The notes under the pieces are model-generated. The model did not search any database, was not told the origin of the DNA, and saw only the letters and a program-made list of their open reading frames with translations. From IMG/VR virus record IMGVR_UViG_3300028275_000007: a DNA stretch of 64,000 bases; one strand, written 5' to 3'. This stretch comes from a virus. Lineage: Duplodnaviria > Caudoviricetes. The position numbers and the translations under genes are program-made. Within the stretch, counting starts at the first letter, position 1. Each line of letters opens with the position of its first letter. Below are positions 1 through 9,085 of this stretch, piece by piece.

Positions 1-170
1 TGTATTTCATTATATAATAATTCGTTGTTCTTGTAAAGAGATTTAATTGGTCCATCACTGACTATCAAAATTTCGCCTACAAGAATACCACGCTCTGTGC
101 GAACAGGAATGATATTTTTGGATAGTTCTTTCTTAACTATCTGCTCTAGGCGTCGAGAAAGTTGAGTCAT
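1..170 (-). CDS. hypothetical protein (runs off window edge)
   Basis: ATG at 170, open frame MTQLSRRLEQIVKKELSKNIIPVRTERG... to position 1. Confidence 0.6.
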   Translation of the reverse strand, partial: MTQLSRRLEQIVKKELSKNIIPVRTERGILVGEILIVSDGPIKSLYKNNELLYNEI

Positions 171-193
171 AAAAAAAGGACCTATGGTCCTTT
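171..193 (-). terminator. intrinsic terminator
   Basis: AAAGGACC-TAT-GGTCCTTT hairpin followed by a T-run on the minus strand. Confidence 0.65.
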
Positions 194-222
194 ATTTAAC
201 TGCGTATATAATGTGCTAAAAA

Positions 223-465
223 TTATCCACCACGCATAAGCATGGTAATGATAATACTTAGAACACCTGCAATTACTGTACCAGCGGTACCAATAATGAC
301 TTTGGTCATTGACTTCTGGCCCTGAACAATATCAGTATGAATGTTTGAAACTTTGTCTTCCAAATTAGTTAGACGTTGATCTAACTGTTGATAACGAAGT
401 GCGCACAAATCAACGTGTGCTTCTAGGCTTTGTTTTTCTAAACTTGTGGTAGGCATATCAGCCAT
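223..465 (-). CDS. coiled-coil protein with C-terminal TM helix (XhlA/holin-like)
   Basis: Heptad segment LDQRLTNLEDKV then hydrophobic VIIGTAGTVIAGVLSIIITML. Confidence 0.55.
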   Translation of the reverse strand: MADMPTTSLEKQSLEAHVDLCALRYQQLDQRLTNLEDKVSNIHTDIVQGQKSMTKVIIGTAGTVIAGVLSIIITMLMRGG

Positions 466-543
466 AATAAAATATCTCCAATAAGGTATACTTGGATGCC
501 TAAATATTATGCCTGCGAAAAAAGCCTATAAATTTCTTATATT

Positions 544-864
544 TTATTTATCTTCGTCTGGTTTAATTACATCAATCACTAGACTCTTAATATCCTTAAT
601 ATCAGTAAGAACATTGTCTACTTTTGATTTAGTTTCATCCCAGTGTTTGACTAGATTTCGAAATACATACATTGCCCACCACCACCAAACTACAGCAACC
701 GCAAACATCAAAGTTTCGCCGGTGATCATCACATAGCCTAAAAATGTGCCATCAAAGAAACGCCATACAAAGAAAATGCCTGCAAGAGCCGTAACGGGAA
801 GGACAGCCGCTGCCCACGCCCAGAGCCTAATTTGTTTAATTGTTTTTTTTCTAAAGTTTTCCAT
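544..864 (-). CDS. two-TM membrane protein
   Basis: Two hydrophobic stretches, C-terminal coiled coil; TAAATA upstream (886-891). Confidence 0.6.
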   Translation of the reverse strand: MENFRKKTIKQIRLWAWAAAVLPVTALAGIFFVWRFFDGTFLGYVMITGETLMFAVAVVWWWWAMYVFRNLVKHWDETKSKVDNVLTDIKDIKSLVIDVIKPDEDK

Positions 865-917
865 ATTATAATTGCCTCAGTATAATATTTACTAGGGTAA
901 TTGTAATATGAATAATA

Positions 918-1310
918 CTAGATTATGGTAATCCAGGTATTTTGATTTCCGTTGCGTGTTTGGAACGCTGCGGGAGTTATGTCAACAGAATTTTCTAATT
1001 GGTCAACAATAGGAACACCGTGAACATCGTCTTTTAAAAGTCCGCAGGGATCATTATCTTTTAAGAAAACATCTTCTCTTTCACAGTCAACTTCCCATAT
1101 CCAATAGGTTGCCTTACCTTTGATGTCGTCTGGTAATGAGCCTGTATACTTTTTTGGATCTCTTACCCATTCTACATTTGATCTCAATCCTATTGCCTGT
1201 AGCAGAGAATTAAAATTTGCCTGCTGTCCAATTTTAATAGGATCAGATTCCGATCTTGTCGAATTGGTACGAGTTATGTCTACTAGGGTTACTATCTTAT
1301 ATCGTGCCAT
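918..1310 (-). CDS. hypothetical late protein
   Basis: 130-aa ORF, perfect TATAAATA upstream (1321-1328). Confidence 0.7.
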   Translation of the reverse strand: MARYKIVTLVDITRTNSTRSESDPIKIGQQANFNSLLQAIGLRSNVEWVRDPKKYTGSLPDDIKGKATYWIWEVDCEREDVFLKDNDPCGLLKDDVHGVPIVDQLENSVDITPAAFQTRNGNQNTWITII

Positions 1311-1334
1311 AATGTGCTACTATTTATAGCCAAA

Positions 1335-1359
1335 GAAAAAGGCCGGAATAAATCCGGCC
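1335..1359 (-). terminator. intrinsic terminator
   Basis: GGCCGGA-ATAAA-TCCGGCC stem with T-run on the minus strand. Confidence 0.65.
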
Positions 1360-1388
1360 CATCCTTCCCATCCCTAGGAATTAACTAA

Positions 1389-1781
1389 TTATAGTGCTGG
1401 TTTGAAAACTGCAACAATAGCAGTAGCAGCGCCAGTAACACCGTGTGCATCGGATGCATCAACTGTGTAATCGCCTGTACCTTGTAAACGTAGGTATACA
1501 ACGTCAGTTGTACCGCTTACAAAAGCTGAACCATCTGCTGTACCAACTGCTGCAACTGTAAATGCAGAGTCACCTGAACCTGCTGAACCGTGGCTGGTTG
1601 TTAGATAGTTAATAATTGTTTGCAATTCTGCATTAGTGATGTTTGTCTTAGTAATGCTAAGAACAACTTCACGACCAACGTCGGATTGGCTGATAGCAAA
1701 TTTTCCGTAGTTGTCGTCTGCTTGTGCAACTCCTGAACCAGAGTTGTTATATGTTTGATATACTGATGTAATGTCTGCCAT
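1389..1781 (-). CDS. putative virion structural protein
   Basis: G/A/T/S-rich with highly biased codons, AAGGAG RBS, own TAAATA promoter and terminator. Confidence 0.55.
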   Translation of the reverse strand: MADITSVYQTYNNSGSGVAQADDNYGKFAISQSDVGREVVLSITKTNITNAELQTIINYLTTSHGSAGSGDSAFTVAAVGTADGSAFVSGTTDVVYLRLQGTGDYTVDASDAHGVTGAATAIVAVFKPAL

Positions 1782-1867
1782 GATAGTTTCTCCTTAAATC
1801 ATTATGACCTCGCTCAGAGGCCGGCATAGTATTTAGTCAGATTGGAAAAAACTAGGGTTTATAGGCT

Positions 1868-3235
1868 TTAATCGGCTCTAAATGGGGTCCAACGATCACG
1901 TGGAACTAGCTTAACACCGTGTCCTGTGTGCATATAACCCTCACCGCCTGGTTTTCCGCCAGTGTGTGCAGTAATATCGCCTTCGGCAGCATCTAGTTCA
2001 CGAATAATTTCGTCTTTGGCTTTCATTAATTCGCGCACTAAATGAAACATATTATCCATTACACCTGCGTTGGCCTTGTTTAATTCAGCAATCTTAGCCT
2101 GTTTTGGAGCACTGACTTTGCTGCCCTGTAGCCACTGAAAGAAACTGTTTGTGTCTATTTTATCTAAGGCTTTGGCCTTTGACTGATTGTTTACAAAGGT
2201 ATAGATGATTGTCTGTAGATCGCTTAGGCCTGCAACAGGTGCTAATAGTTGATCAATTTTAGGGCCAACTTGGTTGGCTAATTTTTCAATTACACCTAGA
2301 TTGTCTGCATTTACCGCAGGTTGATGTGCTACATAGGTTTGTCCAAACACTACAAGTTCTGGACTGACATTAAGAGCCTTAACATCTGTTAGATCATCTC
2401 CAGTCTTGTCACCAAAATAATCTAAATGTTTGTGAGCAGCAATAGCTACCTTAGCCTTACCCAATCTTACGCCAACTGGACTTGTTGCTCTAACTGAATA
2501 TGTAGTTTGATTAGGGGTAAAATTAATTTTACCATTACCACTGTCATAAGGTTTTCCAGGATGGAACAAGATATCACCATAGATATAACCTCTAAAATCT
2601 TTGGGAGTTCCCTTTTCAAAGATAGGCCATAGGCTAGCCATATCACCAGCAAATTTCTCACGCCAGTCTTCTCCTTTGCCGCGACTTAGGATAAACTGCT
2701 TGAGCTCTTCTGGGTTAGAACTCTTACCTTCTTCACGACCCCAGTTATTTTTACCTACCATACGGAAGGTACCATCTTCGTCTCTGCCCCAATAGACAGT
2801 TGGATTACCGTCCCACTTGATAGAAACATCTTTAGCATCAGATGCTAGACTTTTTAAAACTTCAACAGCACGTTTGGCACCACCGTGTTCTGTAAACACT
2901 AGATCTTCTAGGTGATTAAACTCACGACCTACTTTCTTAGGTACAGGTGCTTCGGCTTCTGTTACAGTTTCTTTATAAGGTTCCCACTTGGCACACCAAT
3001 AAGCAGGTTTGACCACAGGCTCACCTTTGAACTTGTCACACTTCTTAGTTTTACTATCATAGTAGCCGCAATTGCTACATTTTTGTTGCGCAGGCACTCC
3101 CGGATTTGACGCTGGCTGATACCTATCGGGTAAGCTGTCAGGAATATCACTGCCGTCAGGATATCTATTACTACGCTTGTAGCTCATAGCCTGTTTACCA
3201 GGTTTTGATTCTATCAAAAACTCAAAAGCTCTCAT
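1868..3235 (-). CDS. HiPIP-like 4Fe-4S domain fused to RNA-ligase-like (DUF6267-like) domain, with capsid-targeting-like leader
   Basis: Leader MRAFEFLIE; QKCSNCGYY..CDKFKG..V..YWCAKW; ligase-type motifs KWDG, YGDILF, EGYM, VKLV. Confidence 0.65.
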   Translation of the reverse strand: MRAFEFLIESKPGKQAMSYKRSNRYPDGSDIPDSLPDRYQPASNPGVPAQQKCSNCGYYDSKTKKCDKFKGEPVVKPAYWCAKWEPYKETVTEAEAPVPKKVGREFNHLEDLVFTEHGGAKRAVEVLKSLASDAKDVSIKWDGNPTVYWGRDEDGTFRMVGKNNWGREEGKSSNPEELKQFILSRGKGEDWREKFAGDMASLWPIFEKGTPKDFRGYIYGDILFHPGKPYDSGNGKINFTPNQTTYSVRATSPVGVRLGKAKVAIAAHKHLDYFGDKTGDDLTDVKALNVSPELVVFGQTYVAHQPAVNADNLGVIEKLANQVGPKIDQLLAPVAGLSDLQTIIYTFVNNQSKAKALDKIDTNSFFQWLQGSKVSAPKQAKIAELNKANAGVMDNMFHLVRELMKAKDEIIRELDAAEGDITAHTGGKPGGEGYMHTGHGVKLVPRDRWTPFRAD

Positions 3236-3432
3236 TTACTTTTTCCTGACTTCATATTAGCACACCAATGATACATTTTAGCCTTTTCACCACTTGCATT
3301 TTTTGCACGTTTGCGTAGATCTGTCACTGATCCAGAACAGCTAGCACCAGAACGTTTGACACGACCGGGGCGGCTCTTTCCCTTTACCTTTCCATCGGCA
3401 AAATTTTCAATGACAAACTCACTGGCTCTCAT
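3232..3432 (-). CDS. small basic protein with capsid-targeting-like leader
   Basis: Start at 3432 (TAATG overlap) gives MRASEFVIE|NFADGK... Confidence 0.65.
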   Translation of the reverse strand: MRASEFVIENFADGKVKGKSRPGRVKRSGASCSGSVTDLRKRAKNASGEKAKMYHWCANMKSGKSK

Positions 3433-4265
3433 TAGCAGTTCCAACGACGGCGTGCCTTACAGATTGCCTTGTCTGGTGTCTTGGCACAGCTGATGCTGTG
3501 CATTTTCATTTGTCCACGTGAACGAGAACAGTAGCTCTTACGGCGCTTGCTGGCCTTGCTACCTTTTTTAAGTTTGCTTGGCTTTGTGGTTACCGCAGTC
3601 TTTAACTTACTACCTGGATTTTCTCTACGATAGGCCTTTACAGCCTTACGGCTCATACCGTCTGTTTTGTCTTTCTTATTAACCTTTTGCCAATCTTCGT
3701 TTAGTTGAGAAGTAACAGCAAATACATATAGCTCGTCATCTGTTAAGGATTCTAGATCTTCCCAAACTACTTCTGGGTCTACACCGTTGCTTTCTGCAAT
3801 GTCTTCAATGATTGATTCAATAAGATCAAAGTCTTGTTCTAGTTCTAGACTTTCAGGAGTGTGGCTCATTTCGTGCTCGCTCTCTAGATAATCCCAAACT
3901 GTCTGCATATAATCTTCAGCAATGGATAATTTTTCCTGTACCCATTCTGGGAGGTTCTCTCCGTCTTTGATTAACTTAGATAAACCTACTGCGGCTCTAT
4001 GAATAGTGTGTAGGCTGTTTTGAGCCATTCCGGATTCATCATTATATTCTGCATCATCAAATGCTTCATTCTTAGGTTTCTTACCTTGCTTTTTCATATT
4101 AACTGCGATTGCAGCCTGTTGAGCAGGATTAGCAGCCTCTGGCACACAGTTAGGCACAGTCTTGCCGCCCTTCTTCTTTGTACCTACTGGATGATATCCT
4201 TTCCAGCAAGGGTTACTGTTCTTAAGAGTTTTTTTAGATTCTATTAGAATGTCGGTTATTCTCAT
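3432..4265 (-). CDS. modular protein with capsid-targeting-like leader
   Basis: Start 4265 (ATGA overlap) MRITDILIE; modules PCWKGY..VPNCV, AQQAAIA, LPEWVQEKL, C-terminal KRRKSYC..RRRWNC. Confidence 0.65.
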   Translation of the reverse strand: MRITDILIESKKTLKNSNPCWKGYHPVGTKKKGGKTVPNCVPEAANPAQQAAIAVNMKKQGKKPKNEAFDDAEYNDESGMAQNSLHTIHRAAVGLSKLIKDGENLPEWVQEKLSIAEDYMQTVWDYLESEHEMSHTPESLELEQDFDLIESIIEDIAESNGVDPEVVWEDLESLTDDELYVFAVTSQLNEDWQKVNKKDKTDGMSRKAVKAYRRENPGSKLKTAVTTKPSKLKKGSKASKRRKSYCSRSRGQMKMHSISCAKTPDKAICKARRRWNC

Positions 4266-5074
4266 TTTACCATATCCATAATTTTGCGCATCCAACTTGG
4301 ACTGTTAGGTGTGTAGTGCTCTAATGATTCTTTCTGTGGAAGTTCAATTCCTGAACGCCCTAGTGTTTCACGAGCAGCACTGACTAATTCGTCATAGTTA
4401 GGTAATTTTTTAATGTAATTAATGATAGCATCAACGGAACGAATATCTTTAACTGTTGCGGTTTGACCTAACAACTGTTTAGCAATAGTATTCCAATCAT
4501 CTCCACCTTTAACAGGTTCATTTGTTTCTGGATCAACTAGACCAAACTTAGGACTATATTTCATTCCTCTTGCACGAGCAATAGAACTTAGAACAATATG
4601 GCGATGCTCTCCTCGATACTGTCCCTGCCCACCAATCATACTTCCTTGCTGGAACTTAGGATTGTTAGAGAACATAAAGTCTGCTTGTACAAATCCGTTG
4701 GCTTCGTCACCTTTAATTGGTGTCTTTAAGTGTACAGAATCGCCACTTAATTTTACGCTGTCTTTGCCAAATTGTTGTGCTAGTTTTGTAGCAAATTCTT
4801 TCTTGTCTACTTCGTTAGCGTCAACTGATAAATCTAAATCTCCAGAACTGTTTAATTCAAAAGTTCCGTCTGGATGCTCTTTACGTCCAGTTGTACCTAG
4901 CCATTTTACAGGTTTTTTATCGTGAGGATCTAATTCTTTGGTGAAGTCTAGTCCTGTTACTTTTTCGATAAAAGCAATAGTGGCTGGAACATCTCCCGTA
5001 GCAATACGCTGCGTTAAAGGTTGTTTGTCTGGGCCTTTGAATACGTTTCCGCCCTCAAATAATTTATTCGTCAT
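4262..5074 (-). CDS. Pol-beta superfamily nucleotidyltransferase
   Basis: LGTTG...SSGDLDLSVD and later VQADFMF (GS/GT plus DxD plus third Asp). Confidence 0.65.
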   Translation of the reverse strand: MTNKLFEGGNVFKGPDKQPLTQRIATGDVPATIAFIEKVTGLDFTKELDPHDKKPVKWLGTTGRKEHPDGTFELNSSGDLDLSVDANEVDKKEFATKLAQQFGKDSVKLSGDSVHLKTPIKGDEANGFVQADFMFSNNPKFQQGSMIGGQGQYRGEHRHIVLSSIARARGMKYSPKFGLVDPETNEPVKGGDDWNTIAKQLLGQTATVKDIRSVDAIINYIKKLPNYDELVSAARETLGRSGIELPQKESLEHYTPNSPSWMRKIMDMVK

Positions 5075-5345
5075 TTGAATCTAATGGTTTATTAACTTTG
5101 CGTGATTCTGCTATTTTACGAATACCGCGTGTAAACTTTGCTGCATCTTGTCCACGGATAGCATTAATTAAGCGGCGCTCTAGCTCATCAGCTTGTTCTG
5201 GCGTATAGTTCTTATGAATACTTTCCAAAAGATTAATAGCTGAATTAATAATGTTAACGGCGCGACTTTCAAACAGCGAGTCCTTGTTACGGACTTCTGC
5301 TATTTCGTTCAATTCTTGCAGGATTGACCTAGTTCTTAATTTCAT
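5064..5345 (-). CDS. hypothetical late protein
   Basis: Helical ORF, TAAATA upstream (5365-5370). Confidence 0.6.
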   Translation of the reverse strand: MKLRTRSILQELNEIAEVRNKDSLFESRAVNIINSAINLLESIHKNYTPEQADELERRLINAIRGQDAAKFTRGIRKIAESRKVNKPLDSNDE

Positions 5346-5504
5346 AATCAACTCGTTTATAATATATTTAACTCAAATTAAATCATATTGTAAATTAAAA
5401 AAACAATAAAGTCAAAGCCGTAAATGTGCAGATGCAGCATATCCCAACTAAATACTCAGTAGAAACCATTAGTTTTTACAGACACTTACAGAGGATATCA
5501 CACA

Positions 5505-5681
5505 ATGAAAACCGTATCAAACTTTATGCTAGGGCTTATGGAACGCCTAGCAGAAATGTTTCCAGAAAGTTCCTATCAAAGTCGCTTAGACAGCTATCTA
5601 AGTACCAAAGGCATTACCGATGCCGCACAGTTAGAAAACTATATCCGACAATTTAATTCTCAAAAGGAATCTTACCTATGA
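5505..5681 (+). CDS. small protein, DUF3563-like (not in ORF track)
   Basis: 58 aa MKTVSNFMLGLMERLAEMFPESSYQSRLDSYLSTKGITDAAQLENYIRQF; GAGG RBS; family resemblance from memory. Confidence 0.5.
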   Translation: MKTVSNFMLGLMERLAEMFPESSYQSRLDSYLSTKGITDAAQLENYIRQFNSQKESYL

Positions 5682-5794
5682 AAACATTCTTAAACAGTAT
5701 CTACGTTTTTTTTGAAGCAATGGGCAAAGCTCGTGCTGCCGCAGTACTGGCAAGATCAGGAAAAGTAGAAGAAGCACAAGCTCTATACAAATGA
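5678..5794 (+). CDS. 38-aa small protein (not in ORF track)
   Basis: AAGGA RBS, ATGA overlap, MKTFLNSIYVFFEAMGKARAAAVLARSGKVEEAQALYK. Confidence 0.5.
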   Translation: MKTFLNSIYVFFEAMGKARAAAVLARSGKVEEAQALYK

Positions 5795-5870
5795 GCAAAA
5801 AAGTTTAGAAAAAAGTTGATTTTTATCAACAAAAGATATATAATTTACACATTAACACAGAGGAGAAAAA

Positions 5871-6083
5871 ATGTTCACACCAGATTCATTTATTGAAGCA
5901 TATCAAAACACCAAGCGTGTTTTTGTCAATACAGTTGTAACTGACAAGGTTATCAAACAATCTGTACTAGACTTAATCGATGCACAAACAGCTTTTGCTA
6001 AGACCGTTAGCCAAAACGCTATTGATCTTGCTAAATATTCTACGGACGCATACGCTAGTGTATTGTTTCCAAAGAAGGCCTAA
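5871..6083 (+). CDS. phasin-like amphipathic protein
   Basis: 70-aa amphipathic A/T/Q-rich helix (LIDAQTAFAKTVSQNAIDL), GGAG RBS, own promoter. Confidence 0.4.
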   Translation: MFTPDSFIEAYQNTKRVFVNTVVTDKVIKQSVLDLIDAQTAFAKTVSQNAIDLAKYSTDAYASVLFPKKA

Positions 6084-6129
6084 TCCACCTAACGGATATA
6101 GACACAAACACACACACAAGGAGAAAATT

Positions 6130-6411
6130 ATGTCTAATGAATTTTTTAAAACACCAGAAATGAAAACACCAGAAGTTAAATTCAACAAAAACGGTTATGA
6201 AATCCGTACAGAAATCTTAGAAATGGCTAAAGAGCTTGTTTCTCAAGACTTCCACGTTAAGTTCCAAGGTTGGGAATTAACAGCAGAACGTGATGAAAAG
6301 ACTGGTCAAATTGTAACTAAGGTAGGTATGCCTGAATTCCCAGGCCTAGATAAAGTATTAGAAACCGCCGAAAAAATGTACGCATTTGTTAACAACGGCG
6401 TGAAGAAATAA
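6130..6411 (+). CDS. hypothetical phage protein
   Basis: Start 6130 after AAGGAG; KNGYEIRTEILEMAKEL. Confidence 0.7.
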   Translation: MSNEFFKTPEMKTPEVKFNKNGYEIRTEILEMAKELVSQDFHVKFQGWELTAERDEKTGQIVTKVGMPEFPGLDKVLETAEKMYAFVNNGVKK

Positions 6412-6440
6412 TATTAGGCTCATAGAGCAAATATAATAGA

Positions 6441-6476
6441 AAAAAGAAAAGCACTCTTCGGAGTGCTTTTTCTTTT
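6441..6476. terminator. bidirectional intrinsic terminator with C(UUCG)G loop
   Basis: AAAAGCACTC-TTCG-GAGTGCTTTT between convergent genes. Confidence 0.85.
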
Positions 6477-7059
6477 ATAGTGCTTTGGATATTTTTTCTA
6501 AAATGATTTTAACAGTCTTATCGCTGATCACAACTTCGTAATGATTTAATGGAAGCTCTATTTGTTCAAAGTCTTTGCGACTGCGCATACTCTTTAATGT
6601 AACTACTCCGTCATTATCACCTTGTATCCAAGGACTTTGCCCAACAGTAGAAACTATCTGAGTCCAATTTGGAGGAGCAGGTAAATCCCTCGATTCACGC
6701 ATCGGTGTACTCATTGTTCCAATATCTTTCATTAATTGATTGAATGGTACAAAGTACCTAGCAAAGTCTGCTTGTTCGCTGCCACCATAGGGTGTCGACA
6801 GGCTAACTCCTCCGTGTGTAGTTTCTTTATAATAATTGGCCAGATGCAGAGCGTAGATACCTCCTAGACTATGACTGATAAAGAAAAGTCTATCAGCATC
6901 ATCTAATTTGCCCTTCATTTGTTTTAGATTATGTTCAAACCCATCTTCGCTTTTGTACTCAAGCATAATATCGGGTTCGTCAAAATAATCTCTTACATAT
7001 TGTCTAATGTGAGTGAAACTTTCAGAAGTTGCACTAGCACCGTGTATGTAAACAATCAT
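6475..7059 (-). CDS. alpha/beta hydrolase (esterase/lipase)
   Basis: HGAS oxyanion loop, SHSLGG nucleophile elbow, DGVV acid, NHYE His. Confidence 0.85.
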   Translation of the reverse strand: MIVYIHGASATSESFTHIRQYVRDYFDEPDIMLEYKSEDGFEHNLKQMKGKLDDADRLFFISHSLGGIYALHLANYYKETTHGGVSLSTPYGGSEQADFARYFVPFNQLMKDIGTMSTPMRESRDLPAPPNWTQIVSTVGQSPWIQGDNDGVVTLKSMRSRKDFEQIELPLNHYEVVISDKTVKIILEKISKAL

Positions 7060-7060
7060 C

Positions 7061-7765
7061 TTACTTCCTTAATTCAGCTATCCTTAAAACTCTAAACAAA
7101 CTTAACCACATCCAACCAATGTCAAACTCAAACCATCGACGGCTTAGTTTAGGACTTGCTGGGCTAAGGTGATGATTGTTATGAAGCTCTTCCCCACCAA
7201 TGATAATACCCCAAGGACTAATATTGCGACTACGATCATTGCTAATTCCGTTTTTATATCCATACCAATGTCCTACTCCGTTGATAACTCCTGCTGCCCA
7301 GAAAGGAATCCAAAGCATTTGTATACCCCAAACTACTAGTCCTACAGGTCCAAAAAGAACAAGGTCTATGACCAACATTAAGAGAATCCCCCAGCGACTG
7401 TGTGGGGTATACAAATTACGTTCGATCCAATCATCCGGAGTACCAACTCCGTATTGTTGAATCATTTCAGAATCTTTACTTGCAGTATGATATAATACAG
7501 CACCTTTAAACAACACACGCCAAATACCGTATACGTGCGGACTATGCGGGTCGCCTTGTTCATCACTAAATCTGTGATGCTTACGATGTATCGCCACCCA
7601 TTGTTTTGTGACCATACCAGTAGTAAGCCATAACCAAAAACGTATTAGATGTTCAAATATAAAATTAAAGGTTATGCCTCTATGAGCCTGTCCACGATGC
7701 AGGTATAGTGTGACGCACACTATTGTGATGTGCGTCATCACTAACGTTGCTAAAATAATTTCCAT
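7061..7765 (-). CDS. membrane fatty-acid (delta-9 acyl-CoA type) desaturase
   Basis: His boxes HRGQAH, HRKHH, HNNHH plus TM segments. Confidence 0.9.
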   Translation of the reverse strand: MEIILATLVMTHITIVCVTLYLHRGQAHRGITFNFIFEHLIRFWLWLTTGMVTKQWVAIHRKHHRFSDEQGDPHSPHVYGIWRVLFKGAVLYHTASKDSEMIQQYGVGTPDDWIERNLYTPHSRWGILLMLVIDLVLFGPVGLVVWGIQMLWIPFWAAGVINGVGHWYGYKNGISNDRSRNISPWGIIIGGEELHNNHHLSPASPKLSRRWFEFDIGWMWLSLFRVLRIAELRK

Positions 7766-7772
7766 CTAATAT

Positions 7773-8981
7773 TTAGTGGAACTGATCTGCCTCTGTGCTG
7801 GACTTATTAGCAACTGTTGATGTAGCACCAACTGCTTCACTAATCAAATCAAAGTAACCAACGCCAACTTCACGTTGATGTTTAACTGTTGTAAAGCCAC
7901 GAGCCTGTGCTTCAAACTCACGCTGTTGCATTTCTGAATACCCAGCCATACCACGTTGTTTATAGGCTTCTGCTAATTCAAATGTAGCAAGGTTAACTGA
8001 ATGGAATCCTGCTAGTGTAATGAACTGAAACTTATAGCCTAACGCACCTAATTCACGTTGGAATGTTTCACATTCTTCAATGCTTAAAAACTTTTGCCAA
8101 TTAAAACTAGGACTGCAATTATAAGCAAGCATTTGATCAGGATACTGGGCACGGATCGCTTCAGCAAACTTTCTAGCCTGTGCGATATCAGGTGTGCTAG
8201 TTTCGAACCAAAGGAGATCAGCGTAAGGGGCATAAGCAAGACCTCTGCTAATACAAGCATCAAGCCCGTTTTTAAATTTGTAAAAGCCTTCGTCAGTGCG
8301 TTCATCAATAATAAAGTCCTTGTCCAATGGATCGTGATTGCTGGTAATAAGTGTAGCAGACTCTGCGTCGGTACGTGCCATAATAACTGTTTCTACTCCT
8401 GCTACATCGCTAGCAAGACGTGCGGCCTGTAGGTTACGAATAGCTTGGCTAGTGGGAATTAAAACCTTACCGCCTAAGTGTCCACATTTCTTTTCGCTAG
8501 ATAGTTGATCTTCAAAGTGTACGCCTGCGGCGCCTGCTTCGATCATAGCCATCATAAGTTCATATGCGTTTAATGCGCCACCAAAACCTGCTTCTGCGTC
8601 AGCTACAATTGGCAAGAAATAATCTGTTGTTAAATTGCCTTCACTGTGTTCGATTTGATCGGCACGACGGAACGCATTATTGATTTGCTTAACGATTGTG
8701 GGCACTGAATTTACTGGATATAAACTTTGATCAGGATATGTTTGTCCTGCTGTATTTGCGGCTGCGGCCACTTGCCAGCCTGATAGATAAATTGCTTTGA
8801 GTCCTGCTTTGGCGTGTTGTACGGCTTGTTGGCCGCTGTACGCTCCTAGCGTGTTAACGTATGGTTCTGTTGCTAGTAACTCACGTAGTTTGGTTGCACC
8901 ACGTTTGGCTAAAGTATGCTCAATTTGTAATGAGCCTTGTAACTTGCGGACTGTGTCTTGTGTGTAGTTGCGCTTCTTCAT
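7773..8981 (-). CDS. aceA: isocitrate lyase
   Basis: KKCGHLGGK active-site loop, [33 protein letters not shown]. Confidence 0.97.
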   Translation of the reverse strand: MKKRNYTQDTVRKLQGSLQIEHTLAKRGATKLRELLATEPYVNTLGAYSGQQAVQHAKAGLKAIYLSGWQVAAAANTAGQTYPDQSLYPVNSVPTIVKQINNAFRRADQIEHSEGNLTTDYFLPIVADAEAGFGGALNAYELMMAMIEAGAAGVHFEDQLSSEKKCGHLGGKVLIPTSQAIRNLQAARLASDVAGVETVIMARTDAESATLITSNHDPLDKDFIIDERTDEGFYKFKNGLDACISRGLAYAPYADLLWFETSTPDIAQARKFAEAIRAQYPDQMLAYNCSPSFNWQKFLSIEECETFQRELGALGYKFQFITLAGFHSVNLATFELAEAYKQRGMAGYSEMQQREFEAQARGFTTVKHQREVGVGYFDLISEAVGATSTVANKSSTEADQFH

Positions 8982-9085
8982 TTGGTTCTCCTTAAAAGCC
9001 TAGTATTTATGGCTCTTCTAGAGGACTTGACAAAATCATTATCTGAGTATATAATATTAGAGTAAAATAATAGATTGGACATACA

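Noticed and set aside
6100-6120. AC-rich microsatellite-like run
   Set aside because: Short unstructured leader before an RBS, as in other early leaders; not a tandem repeat of significance.
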